Assembly: GCA_028023455.1 (NCBI GenBank)
Contig: JAQFVV010000010.1
Span: forward strand, 7,316,001 to 7,380,000
DNA length: 64,000 bases
Origin: Epiperipatus broadwayi
Taxonomy: Eukaryota; Animalia; Onychophora
Reading direction: 5' to 3'
The notes under the pieces were generated by a model. The model did no database searches, was not told the origin of the DNA, and saw nothing but the letters and a program-made list of their open reading frames with translations. The first letter of the stretch is position 1, and every line of letters starts with the position of its first letter. Below, in pieces: positions 23,507-37,315 of the stretch. A program made the translations under genes and the position numbers.

Positions 23507-26500
23507 ACAATCCTAGATAAAGATAATTTGAATGCCTTCTCTTGTAGTAGCATTTATCATAAAAAATTTTAAAAGCTTGTTTAGAGCTTATTAGCATTTG
23601 TAAATGCAAGCTATATATGTCATGTGACATCTGACTTTTTAATTATTAATATCACAATATATGTAGTGGCAGTCAGATGGAAACTAGCCATCCTTTGGTA
23701 GCGTACAGTATGTTTAAGATTTTCCAACTAAAGTTCTTAAATAAGAGTAGAAAGGATATAAAAGGTGTATGATTGTGTAGATCATGTATAAATGTGATAA
23801 AAGAGGTGAAAAAATGTTTTTTTTAAGTGTAGATAGTTTAAAGAAGAGATATTGAGGAAAATGTAAATAAGGACAATAGAATGGAGTATATGTTTAGTAG
23901 AGTGACAAGAGATATAGATGACAAAATAAGTAGTGCAGTGGGAATAGTTAGCCAAATAATAAAGAAGATAGAGGAATAGGTAAAGGATGTAGAAGTTAAA
24001 AGCAAGTAAGTAGATCAAGGAAATGATAAGAAAGAAATAGATAATGAAGTTCAGAAGGTTGAAGAAAATAATAAAATAGAAGAAATAATCTATGAGATTG
24101 TCTTGATAGGGGACTCATGTGTTAGAGGATATGGAGATATGATTGCAAGGGAAAATAGAAATAGATATGTAATAGTATGTTTGCCTGGAACTAGAATTAG
24201 GAATGTTACAGACAAGATAAATAAACAGGGAAACAGAAAGGTTTGTATTATGGAGGAGACAAATAATTTGTCAGAGCTACTGGAGAGAGTAATGGATGAG
24301 ACAAAGAATTGATTAGTTAGTTTGAATAAGGTTAAAGGAAGAGTAGGAATAGTTGAATTACTACCAAGATTCAACAATAGATAGTTTACATAGGGCATGT
24401 TCTATAAATGAGAGCTTGGAAAAGTTAGACATGTTATGTTTGAGGATGTGTGGAATTTTTTTATTTGTAAGAGGGAGTTGTAAAGATAAATTGCATTTAG
24501 CAAAACAAGGAAGTGAAGCATTAGATGGCTTGATTTATGAAAAATAGATTTCGGGAAACTTATAAAAGGAGATAGGATTTAAATTATAGTATTATCAAAA
24601 AGGTTAAGAATGGATGAGATGTAAGAATTAAACACAAGATAGTTTACCTAGATGTAAATGTGGAGAGGGAATGGGTCAGTAAAACTAATGATAAATAAAT
24701 TAAGAGAAGAATCAAAAGAATTTGTAAAAGGGCAGAAAGAAAGAAAGAAATTGTAAAAATTGGATACTTGAAATGCAATGTGGTAGGAGACCAGAAAAGT
24801 GGTTGGAATTAAACAAAGCAGTTAAAAATGAAGGGCTTGAGGTATTAGCAATAGTGGAAACACATCTAAGAAAAGAACCTAAAATGAAAAACTTGGTATG
24901 GCAAGATATAAATAGAAAAGAAAAAAGGAGTGGTGGTATAGGAGTAAGGTCAAAAAAGTAATTAAATGCTATAAAGTATCAAGAACATTTATGGTTTGAG
25001 ATAAAGCTAGTAAGACAATAATGGGTGATGTAATGAGTATGCTCACTGAAGATAGGGAAACTATAATGGAGTGGAACAATAACACATATGAATGACTATT
25101 TAAGTATATGCAGAGTTTCAAAAAAAGGGGAAAGAAAATTATGGTTATAGGGGATATGAATGGGCATATTGAAGAAATTGACAATGTGGATAACAAGAAT
25201 GGGCAGCTTCTGAAATTTTTTTTCATAGAGAGCAAATTTAAATATTGGAAATTTATCAAATATTTATAAGGGACAATACACATGGTCTAGAAATAATATA
25301 TTCACACAATAGATTATGTAGCAGTAGATAAAGAGGGAATGAATAAAGTACGAAAAATTAAAGTTTTTGATAATGTAGAGAAAGTATGTAATAGTGATCA
25401 TAATTTCTTTATAATAGACACAGTTAGTAATGTGATGGAAAATAATAATCAAAGATTAGTGAAAAATGTGGATGGAGAGTGAATAATAAGAATAAGTTAG
25501 AAAAATTTAAAATAAAAGTAGAAGTTGTGGAAGAGTTTGTTGGGAATGAATATAAAAATTGGTGTGATGAAGTAGAAAAAGTAGCAAATTGAGTTTTAGG
25601 TGAGAGTATTCAGAAAATTAAAATAGAAAAGTGAGAATTAATAAGAGTCAGGGAAAGACATACAGAGAATATAAAGGTACTATTAAAAACAAAGAAAGTA
25701 AAAAGATGTTAATATAAAATGAGAAAACTATTTAAATAAAAAGTTATCTAAAATAGATAGTTATACAGAATGAAATTAAATAGTAAATTATTGAAAGATA
25801 TTAATAAAAGTAGAAGAGATGGAAGTAAAAAATTTTGAAAATATATTAAAAAAAGAAATGTAGGGGAGAAATAGTATTACTAAATGATGAGGAAAAAAAG
25901 TCTAGTTCTAGAGAAGAATTAGAGTCAATATTAAATAAGTATATAGTAGACATAGAAAAGATGTTAGATGTGAAGGACAAAATGATAATAATCATTAAAA
26001 GCACATAGTAAAGAAAATATTAGATTTACAGAAAATGAATTGAATGAGGCAGAGGAAGAAGTTGAAAAATGGGAAGGCAAGAGGTTTAAATGGATAGACA
26101 GCAGAGATAGTGATGAATTTGGGAAATAGGGCAAAATTAAATCTATTGTCATGCTTTAATAAAATGGCACAGAAGACAGAATTTCCAGATATCTGGAATA
26201 ATAGTTATTATTTAAAGGAAAGGGTAAAAAATCATAGAAAGATAAACATTTATAAACCGGTCGTGGTAATGACAGTATTGTATAAAGTTGTGCAAATATG
26301 GTGGCTGGAAAGGTGGAAAAATGAAAGAAAATAATAGAGTGGGAGAAATTCAAGGAAGTTTTAGAATGGATAGACATATAGAAGATAGCTTATTTGTAGT
26401 CAAATAATTTATAGAAATGAGTAGTAATACAGATAGACAATTTTATATGGCCTTTATAGCTATAGAGAAGGCATATAAGTGAATAGAAATAGATTATCGA

Positions 26501-28039
26501 TAAGTTTAGTAAATTTGGGAAAGAATGGGGCTTTGGTGGATCTTATTAAGAGATTGTATGAAAACAATTATTATACATATCAACTAGGAAATATACTAAG
26601 TTAAGAGTTAAAAATGAAATGGCACTAAGGCAAGTATGCCCTATGTCACCTATTTTGTTTTTGTTGTATTTGAGAGAGCAATAAAAAGATTAAAAAGAGG
26701 GGTAGAGATACCATTAGTAGATACATGGGAGTAAATACATTATCAAGTCTTTTATTTGCTGATATTTTCTTATGCACAGAAAGTAGGGAAGATATGGAAG
26801 TTATGCTGAAGACATGCACAAAGGTGGGTAAAATAATGGGGATTAAATTTAGTGAAGAAAAATCAAAAGTAATGAAGATGAATGCTGGGGAAAGAGAATA
26901 GAAAGAATTTTTATTGGAGGATATAAAGTTAAATGTAGTGAATAAGTATAACTATTTGGGAATCATCTTAACTAATCAGAGAAATAGCTTAGATGAATGC
27001 GAGAAAAATTTGATAAATGAAGCAAAGAAATGAAAGGAACTGATAAAGAAATTAAGTGTTTTCATATAATAAATATGTTGTATCAAGAATTGTATGGGAA
27101 TGGCAATAGTGGGTTTAATCTATCTTAAAAGAGTACTAAGTAGGAAGACATGCATTAGATGCAGATGTGTGGACAGCAAAGGAGACAATTCAAGGAGGTA
27201 TGGGATGGTTACGTTTTTATATGAGATGCAAAAAATAAAATGAAAATGTTTGATAGATTGTAATTTATGGATAGTAAGGGAATAGCTAACATCATATTTA
27301 ATTGAGTTATGAATAAAAGGCATACAACAAAATGGGTGAGAAAGTTAGTAAGATATGCAAATTTGGATAAAGACTTTGTCAGTATATTTGTACAAAAAGT
27401 GGGATGATTGTGTTAGGAGGATTTCTGAGTGTTATAGTGGCAAAGACTAGGATAGAAGAATAGCTATATTAATAAAAAAATAGGGAGATGGAGAACTAGT
27501 ATGGAGAGTAAAAAGAGCTTAAATATAAATAAACCCAATATTGGATGCAAAATAATAGCAGGGAAAATAGTTTATTATTTAAGGCTTGAACAGGATCGCT
27601 AGCGACATGGGACTATACACATAAATGGAGAAATGCAGGTGATTTAGTCTGCAGGTTATGTAAGGAAGGCATAGAAAATATTAGGCATTTGCTAATAGAA
27701 TGTGAATGCTTATAAGCAAAAAGGGTACAAATAATGAAGTTGTGGGAGAATAAATATAGACCAAATGATTATGCAGAAAATGAATTATCGGTCTATGCTG
27801 GGATTGAAAAAATATAAGGGGAATGTAGAAACAAAGGCCATGGAGTGGACAAAAGTGGTGTGGAAATGGGATAGAGAAGAATATGTAAATATGGAGAATG
27901 GAAAATAAGATGGCTAACAATTTTTTCTTGGACATATTTGCTGAGAGATTCCCGACTTCAATAAAAAAGTAGTCATCATATCACATATTCAGTTTCTGAT
28001 TCCCATTTAGACAAACTAAAACTTATAAAAAAATGAAAA

Positions 28040-28280
28040 AAGGCAAAAATAATAAAAAAACAATAGTCCTAAGTAATTTCGTGATATTTCAAACAAGAAT
28101 CTATATTTCTCTGAAGAACGGAATCCATATATAATTATTCTATTTTATTTTTTCTTATTTTAATAATAAAATCTAAATGACTGGAATATTTCACAATTCC
28201 ATTTTATTTTAATCTGTTGAAAGCCATGGTATGCACGACTTGTAGAATTTCATTTTACTTCTTGTAATTATCTTGCTACA
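28040..28280 (-). repeat. Old dispersed repeat, second copy at ~31440-31700
   Basis: Shared gaatctatatttctctgaaga..ggaatccat and ataaaatctaaatga.tg.aata. Both copies translate on the minus strand to similar KY..HLDFI and GF.SSEKYRFLF segments. Confidence 0.55.
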
Positions 28281-28662
28281 TTTTCTATTCTTTTTATCTT
28301 TACTGCAAGATAATATAACTGTAGAAATTAAAATATCCGTTATAATATTGTTGCCACATTAAACAGTTCCTTTTCTTAAATACAAAAAAAAAAAACTCTA
28401 TCATTTGTATCTTAATTATTTTAGCTCCTTATTTTCCAGGGTTGTAATTAACTCTACAAAAGCATTTACGAAAATTAATCAATTCTTAACATATTACAGG
28501 TATAAGTTCAGCATTATAGGGTTTAGTATATATTTTTATAGTATTATATATGGGAATAAAAAATGAATTTAAATTTCAACTTACAAGTCTTTTTATGAAA
28601 ATTTGTAATTCTAAAATACTTCTTGACTTCAAGTTCAAATGAAAAAGTATAAATTAATAAAC

Positions 28663-28773
28663 TAATTAATTGCACTGAGCCACATTTCAGTAAAACACTG
28701 TCAGAATCATGCTGAATTCAGCACTATGATTCTGACACTGTTTTGGCAAAAGGTGGCTCAGTGCAATTAATTA
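28663..28773. repeat. 111-bp nested hairpin (MITE-like)
   Basis: Perfect 21-bp inverted repeats taattaattgcactgagccac / gtggctcagtgcaattaatta; inner tgtcagaatcat / atgattctgaca; central palindrome gctgaattcagc. Confidence 0.85.
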
Positions 28774-31700
28774 AAATGAATTTAAATAACTCCACTCTTA
28801 GGAAATCAAAATTAAAAAGAAGCCATTATAAATTTATTATTTCATTGAAACAAAAGCATATTTAATTTTGAAATGAAAATTATCACCTCAATTCACTAAT
28901 AATTATTGCTAAGATTTATAGCTAAATTATTCATTATTCTAAACATTTCTATATTGACTCACTTAAGTTAAGATAGGACCTGACCATCAAGAATCTCTCA
29001 TACCTTCAATTATTTCTCTGCATTAATTGAGTTAATAGTATTGCATGTTTGACAAAAAATTGCATATTTAATTTACCTACACAGAAATTTTGACACTGAT
29101 CTTTTTTTCTAGTTTCTTATCCCATCTTTTTCTGTTTCTTTAAATATCAGCCTTTCACACTAATTGTGCATACGCTTTGCGAGTGTTAATAATAAACAAA
29201 TACTTTCTCACCAATACAAGATTTAGTATTTATGCAGGAATAAAAGGAATCCTCTTATTCCTACGACTCAAACTAGAATAACCATACTGGTTTGCAAATG
29301 GCTACTAATCATGATAAAACACTTTTTTTTTTTTAAAGTCATACTGTTTATATTTTAAAATAAATACATGTGGATGAAATTTTTAAAATTTATACTTTTG
29401 CTAATAATTTAAAAAATTAAATGTGATATGAAAAATGGAGAAATCAATTATATTTATATGTATTACAATCTTTCAAAAAAAGACATATTTAGTTAGATTT
29501 CAAATTGTAATGAAATACAATTCTTTATCTTCTTTAATCCTTATAGAATGAGACTATCCACACCCACTTTTTTTCTAATTTTGCCAATATAATTAAAGTT
29601 AGCCATTTTTTAGTTGCTACTTATGATCCCAAGATCTATCCTATTTGGAAAACACTATGGCTGATTATTGTATACTGGAATTCTATATCAAATAACTAAC
29701 TAAACAGATATTTGTTTTTCATTATTGGGATTCAAACTCGGAATTTTCTAATACTAACTATTCAAATCCCCAATAAGGTCATATTTAAATAGAATGTTTA
29801 ATAAAGTATTAAACATAAAAGAAATATAAGTAAAAACTATAGAGCATAATTATAAACTTATCATTAATCATATAATTTTACGCTGTTTAATGTACTAGTG
29901 AAAATAGCTGATAGATTTGGCTAAATAGTTTCCTATCTTTTAATGCATTTATATATATTAAAAATGCTATATACATACATCCCAGCTTAGGTGAGAATAG
30001 CAGTAACATTGCCAGATAATCAAATTGAATATTACCATTGTCTAGCATTTGGACTCCCAAGCAGCTAACTACATAATTATTTTTATTAGTTATAATTCTG
30101 AGGGCTATTATCACAAACTACTTTTTTAAAGCTCTCATATATCTTAATTTTCTTTTTAAATTCATTTTCTTTGTTCTTATTTATTTTCATATACCACATT
30201 CAACATCTCTTGTTATTACTGTTGACAAACACAATGTCTAATGAATTTTTTCAATAATCTTTTATATTTACATTATTTATAACATATTTGCATATTATCT
30301 ATATATATTTAACTCTATCTTAAAACATTTAAATTTGTATTCAGTCTTAATAATAAAAAATGCAGCTATTTTTTTAAATTGAGGATCTATTTAGTAATGC
30401 TTGTTGTAAAACATGTTTTAAAATGCGTTTGAGATATTAAAATAGACGACAATGCAGTATTAATACTTGGGCCTATATAACACCATACTGCTTAGTTAAC
30501 CACTTTATCTTTGGACAGAGAATATTTTCCAAAAAAAACGAACATGTTTACTTTTATTATATATAGCGAATATTCTGTACTTGGAAGATATAAATCTATG
30601 ATCTATAAACAATTTTTCACAATATCCATTTTTTTTGCACAAAAGCGACCTCTAACAATAATATTTGATACAACGTTTTTACAATTCATTTAATTTAAAT
30701 GTTTACATTCTTGAGAACAATTGTTTATGTAAACTTATTTACAATGTTCACATTTTACCACAAATATTCATTAAATATAATTTATAAGGTCGATAAATAT
30801 GTAATGATAGTTTAGCACCCAGACAAACACTAAAGTTTATAAAGATCATTATAATGCGAATCATTTTTGTTATACAGATGATTCGATTGTAACAATTTAT
30901 ATAATAGGAAAATTATTTTATAAAAAAATATTGAATAAGAAATACTACAATTTTGATGGATATATGATCTACTGTTTTACACTTAGATCAATCACAGTAT
31001 GTTTTGCATAATAAACTTTTTAGTCGTAAAAACTACTTTCAAACAGATTATATATATATGTATTGTAATGATGAAAGGAACTTCCATTATTTTATTATAT
31101 AGGCCCAAATTTGATATATTGGAATTGTGTTGAGAGGTGGCAAGCAATGTCGTACTACCATAAATAAATGATTTTACTTGATTGTAGTGCCTTATTGTCT
31201 AATTGCTACAACTTGCCTTCAGGCATAAAACTTAATATACTTATGGATGAGTACAAACACACCCTATAGCCTGTTCTTTAAGATTAAATAATCACGTCTC
31301 CAGATAAAAGCAAAAATCCTTTTATGTAAAAAAGCTAAAATCATTATATAAATTGATATGCTGTTATGACATTGAAAAAAAAATGATATGCAGTAAAAAT
31401 AATTAAAGTACACATATATAAAGTTGTAAACTCATTTTTTGATATTTTAAATAGGAATCTATATTTCTCTGAAGATTGGAATCCATTCTAAATCTCGATT
31501 AATTTTATTTGAAATATCTTCATTTTCTCTCATTTTAATCTTTTTTTAGTTATAAAATCTAAATGATTGAAATACTTTATGGCTCCACTTTGCCAAATTT
31601 TATTATAAACTACTGAAAGCTGTATAATGGAATACTTGAGTGACTTGGAAGATTCTATTTTTACTCTACTCAACCTTGCAATTTCCTGTTATATTTTACA

Positions 31701-32899
31701 TTCTTATTACTTTTACAGTGAAATCTTTAACTCAATTTTTTTAAAAAAAAAAAAGAAAAAATATAACTCACTTCATTGCCAACAAATAAACTTATCTATT
31801 GGTATAAATATTAGAAATGGTCTTTCAAATAATATATTTTAAGGAATATTTATAGAATTTAAAATAACCTCATTATAACATAATTGCTACGTTAAATTGA
31901 TCCTTTTTTAATATGCAATGCTGTAAAAAAATGCAAATAAACAAAAACTAAAATATAAACAACCAAACAAAAAAACACTAAAACTCATAAACTTTATATG
32001 ATGGCAGCCATTTTTCCACCTGAGTGCCATATGCAACCACAAAAAATTGTTAACTTAATAAATTTTACAATATGGCAATAGCCATTTTCCTTTCCTAGAC
32101 ATCTTTATGTGAGCATGTTTATTAATAATTTTCTTCAGCTTGTATCATACATTATATTAATTTTTCCAAATTTTATTTACAGTATTTTGCATATTTTCTA
32201 AGCATAATGCTAAAAGTTGTACAAAATGTTAGAACATTTGTAGAATCAATACAAACATAAAAGTGACTAGAGAGAATAATGAAAAAAAAAATATTGAAGA
32301 AAAAGAATATATACCAAAATGTATTCAATTGTGATGAAAGTTAGAATTTTGCTATCATTTTATTTAAAAAAATAAAGATAATGTGAATAAGTAAACATAT
32401 ACATAATAAATGTTCACCCTCAATTTATTAAAACTACATTAATATTTTTTACTTTTGTTTATATTTTAATCTTAATTTATATATACATATAAACGTTATA
32501 TATATATATGTGTGTGTGAGCATGTTGAAAAGTATCGTATACTTATAGTTCAGTAAACAATATATATTCTATTGTAATCAAAGGTTATCAACAAAATATG
32601 AGCTATAATATATAATGTATGTGAAGTCTTAGAACAAAATATAGCAAATATTGTGGCTCCACTACATATATATATATGAGAAAATCCTTTTGTCTTTTAT
32701 ATCTTTAATTAAAATCTGCTAGTTTCTGATTTTGTATTATATTAACTAAAAAAACAAAACAACTTAAATAAGTGATGCTTAACATATATTACAGAATATA
32801 CTTTAAGATTAATTATAGTTTAAACTTTTACAGAATGTGATGTAGCTGAACACAGAATGAATTCAAACAATTCATTTTTTAGAAAGCAAAGTTAAAAAG

Positions 32900-35400
32900 A
32901 ATCCATTATAATGTAACGATATATAAATATGTCGTTACATTAATTTAAAATAAAAACTTAAAAGTTCGCAAATAAAAGTAAAAAACTAAACGCTAAAATT
33001 AAAATGTTTGTTAAACGTATATACATTCGCACAGATGCCAAACTTTAAAAATATTTTTTTTTAAAAAAAAACAAATAAATAAGTATTTGAACGTACTTTT
33101 TTTTTTATAAAAAAAGTACAAGATTTAAAAATAAAAACAGGTATTAATTAATTCTTGTAATCTGTAAATGGAAATGATTGTTTATAAATTATCGAAAACC
33201 AAACTGGCCCTTGGGCTCTTGTATAATTAAAATGATCTGATGAAAGATAGATAAGAAAATAAAGAGAAATTAGCTTGACCAATGGAAGCACTAAGCCTTG
33301 GCTAGGACCCTAACGAAAGTGATGGATTAGTGACGTTTTGTTGATTGAATCCGTGTGGATAATATAAAAAGGGAAATACAGTTTTTTCTGACAGTTCCAG
33401 CGTTTTGTGTTTGAGAGATGTGGTAGGACGCACATACCACACTCTCTATTTAAAAAAAAAAATGAAAAGACTGTGATACCTTGAACCAGCTATTGCCATC
33501 TCCAGAACATTATCTTCCAATGGAGGCGTCGCGGGAATTAAAAGCAGAAACATGGACTCTTCTACCGTGAGCTACGAACTTTACAAATTAACAACAACAA
33601 AAAAAATAATTAAGAACTTTCGTCATTGTTTTTTTTTAAAGATTCAGCTAATTTAAATTTTAAAATGAACTCTTATTTGATTTTTTAAATTAATAATTGA
33701 TTATTATTTACGATGTGACTATATGCGTTGGTGCGGAGTTGAAAGAGAAGGGATTGAAAAAGAGCACTCTTCAATCCCTTCAGTTCTGCTAAGAAAGAAA
33801 GAAAAATGAACTATCGTTTTCTACATTGAGGACCAACTAAACTAAAAAACCTCCGGATAAATAAAAAACAATGGCTAACTCAACAAATCTTTTTAGGACG
33901 GCGTGGGAATTCACGTTCATGGCAAGCAACGGATAAAACTACGGACGTGTTAAAACCGTAAGAACTTTATAAAATATAATGAACAATATTAATTTGAAAA
34001 CACTAAGAACTTTAAATTTTAAACTTTCCTAGTATTTGAAATAATTGCAATAGAATCCTATCTGACCAATTTTAATAATGTTATGATGTATTTTTTTTGT
34101 GTAAAATCATTTCCATTTATTTATTTATTTTTTTGTTCTTTAAGTTTATTTATGATTTCTGTTTTCCGATAAATTAAAATATATCAATGTTAAACTTAAG
34201 TCGGGCGTGAATGGCTGTATAGATTTGTAAAGTTATATTAGGGGAGGGTAATCTTAGGTTATTTGTGTCGTTGTTAAATTGGGTCAATGGATTGGATATA
34301 TTGATGTAGTTAGTAGATGTAGTCGGAGATTCGCTACTGGCAGAATCGTTTATATATATGCCACACTCACCCGTTTGCCTATGGAAGGAATTATAAGACG
34401 GAGAACGCAGTTCCTTTCTATGGAGTTTTTTTTATTGCTCTTCTTGTCAGATAGATGTCATATTCCTATTTGACGAGAGGCAATTTCTTCTCTTAACTTT
34501 TTGGTGCTGCCGTATTACATTGACTGCATCGATATATCAGATAAATTGACGCCAGTTTTGGCTGCGAACCTTTAGCCTAAGGTTAAATAGGGATAGAATG
34601 TTTTATTTTCAAATGCAAATCTATGTAGTCTATTCATACTCGACACTAAATAAAAATGCATTAAATTTAAGTTGTTTATAGACACTTGCATGGATTGGTT
34701 AAGTATGTTTTGGGTTTTCATATTTGATCAAAATATATAGACATTCGATAAATAATAATACCTTACGGTGAGTATCTATAATGCATTTATTCAGATGTCT
34801 TTTAAGTTATTGGTGACAATGCAAGTATCTTATGGTGAATACTATTGGGTTACTTATAAATTTCCCTCTGCAATTGTCGGTATCAATGATTTTACATTTT
34901 GATCGTTTATGTTTATTTTGAAATGTTTTTAACCGTTGTAATCTATGTAACCGATCTATACTCAACATTTTAAAACAAACTTTTATAAACTCCTCTGTGC
35001 GAACTTATAAAAAAATTTAAAATATAAAGTTGTAAAAATTAAAATGTAAATGAAAATCAAAGTTAAAAATGTAAGTTATATTTTAAAAGGTAAACTGATG
35101 CTAAAATAATTTTAAATCTTATATATGTGCGTTAATAAATGTTTGTATGTTAATTACTGGCAGTGGATTATTTTATTCGTTTTTATATATACTCTTATAT
35201 GATATTATTAAATCTCTGCTATTCCACTGAGCTAGTGACATGGGCTAACAACCGGATGCAAAATATAAAAAAAAAAAAAATTTTTTTTGACTTACGTATG
35301 TCTACTTTATAAATTTTTCTAGGTTAAAATGCCTAGATGGCGCCCTGTAGTGCAGTTTACGTAAGTCTATCTCATTTGGATTGTTACAATAAATTTATCA
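32900..35400. promoter_or_regulatory. CpG-retaining island, candidate unmethylated promoter or enhancer
   Basis: Dozens of CG dinucleotides compared with CpG-poor flanks. TATAAAAA at 33363-33370 with an Inr-like tgacagtt at 33389-33396; CGTGGGAA (CSL/Su(H) consensus) at 33902-33909. Confidence 0.45.
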
Positions 35401-35619
35401 GACTCTGTTCACAGCATTAACCAATTACATAGACACTTTAAATAAATTTACTCCAAAGTTTAATAAAAACCCCAATCAATACAAAACAAACTATAGGTTT
35501 TCAAAATCAAATGATAATGACGATATTCTTGCAATTTGTAGAAATTCCAATTTCTTTCTTTGCTATCTCAATAGGAGTATTAAGAAATTACTGAAGCATT
35601 ATGCAAGCTAATACTGTAA

Positions 35620-36600
35620 ATAAGCATTTTTTCTTCCTAAACTTTTGTGGGCATATTGTACATTTAATTAGTTCAGGATATTTATATCGCACTTACATGA
35701 ACACCCAAAATAATTTTCTAAAGGCCTCTTGTCAAAATAAGCCATTTGTTTATAATGCTCAATGTGAAAACATTTATTACATTTGATTTATCAATGATGT
35801 TGGTGATATTTTTAGTGAAAGAATTTGTTAATGATCTATTTCAGTCTGCTATATTCTTGAAACAAATTATTTGTTGATATGAATGATAGGTGAGACAAGT
35901 TTTATAAAATGCACATCACTCTGTGAATTTTAGATAGAATATTACAAAGACAATAACTTCTATGTTGGCAGATATTTCTTGTCTAACTTTAATATATTTT
36001 CTTGTTAGTTTTATATCACGGTTTTTATTATCAATTAGTTTTTTTCTTTTATGACAGTAATAAAAGATATTTCTCTTAGATGCAATCTCGAATAAAGACC
36101 TGCTGTTCCATTGTGGTCTAATTCATTTAGCATCAATTCTTTTGGTAGTATCATTAAATTCATTATGCTACTATTAAGAATACATTTTATGTTGATCATC
36201 AAAAAATATTTGTGTGGATGGGTAAAGAATAATCTACTTTCCATTCAGATTCAAATCTTAAATGGATCTTTTTCATTTTGCGAGAATGTTATTCTTACAG
36301 AAAGTTGGTCCATGGATAAAATAATCTAGAAAGAAAAGTAGATCAATGATGATCAAATTAGTGTATTTCTAAAAATCTTCCAATTTATTTTTTTCAAAAA
36401 AAAAAAAAAAAAGGCAAATACACATGAATGGACAAATAGACTATGTTCAAAACTGAATATATTGAAAGTTTGGGAGTATAAATTTGGGTGCAATGTAAGT
36501 CTACAGATGTCCATTGTATCCAGAATATTTATATTCATCATTGAATAGAAGTGGAATGCCATTAGTCTCTATAAAATTGAAAATGAATGATCAAGCATAA
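35620..36600 (-). mobile_element. Possible very degenerate DNA-transposase remnant
   Basis: Fragments on the minus strand: NGIPLLFND-EYKY...WT...HC (FLYWCH-like) and KRPLENYFGCF (resembles the P-element/THAP9 QDPLE.FFG motif). Motif-level only. Confidence 0.25.
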
Positions 36601-37315
36601 TTGGTTGTTGATTTACTATTAAAACATTTTAGAAAAAAATGTTATTGGAGCTTAAATATTGTACCCTTACCTATGCATACTAGCACAACAAAAGGATTCA
36701 TTCAAATATTAAAATTAGCTAAGTTGCATTAAAGAAAATGCAAACTAAAACCAAGAATCAAACAAATCACTGGCTTAGTTGTACTATTGAATTTGTGTCC
36801 AACAGCAAATGACACATAATAGTGATTGATTCTACAATAGTATACTTGCTTCATATACTAGCATTAAATAAAACTCAAATCTATTATTCACTTTGTGATG
36901 CTCATTTGCTTTTGCGCACTCTTTCTTGTTATCCTAGTCAATCATTGTAAGCAATTTAGTCATTTAGAAATTTTGCAGTTTATTGAATTTATTTCCTCAG
37001 AGCCTTCAAACATAAATACCACAAAATCTCTGTATACTCAGGTTGAATTGGTATTCTAGTTCTAAGATGAAGAATCTAATGGGGTGAGTAGTGTATCTGC
37101 CATATATAACCAATCTAATATTCAAATTAAGGCAGACGGACCAGTTGTGCATTTAATATTTTTTGGTAAATTGATATCAAGTTACAAAAGATAATCTGAC
37201 CTGGCAAAGAATCAGTTTTCAGAAATGATTTTAGGTATCATATATCTTTACAATAGATTAACATCATTAGCAATATCACATGATCACCATCTATTATACT
37301 AGCACATAATTGTTA

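Larger units (their letters stand above)
22562..23645. mobile_element. Retrozyme-like / non-autonomous Penelope-like insertion, family A: inverted ~400-bp monomer plus ~1.7 tandem monomers, three hammerheads
   Basis: Minus copy 22562-22959 joins plus copies 22955-23645 through acatg microhomology. tttgtaaatgcaagctatatatgtcatgtgacatctgac repeats at 23207 and 23597. LINE homology to 6125-10098 stops at ~22555 and resumes at ~23650. No ORF of note. Confidence 0.8.
22050..27965 (+). mobile_element. Near full-length degenerate copy of the PHD/esterase LINE, interrupted in its 5' region by the retrozyme-like insertion
   Basis: Collinear with 6125-10098 (IVLIGDSCVRG, EETNNL, VETHLRK, GDMNGH, TIDY, SDHNFL, RT motifs) and continues through ETIQGGMGW and a C-terminal CCHC finger CRLCKEGIENIRHLLIEC (~27650-27710) to aataaaaaa at ~27960. 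Confidence 0.85.

Noticed and set aside
33238-33270. CTGATGA motif as another hammerhead (also 40921 and 39750)
   Set aside because: No stem II, GAAA or cleavage triplet in the right geometry.
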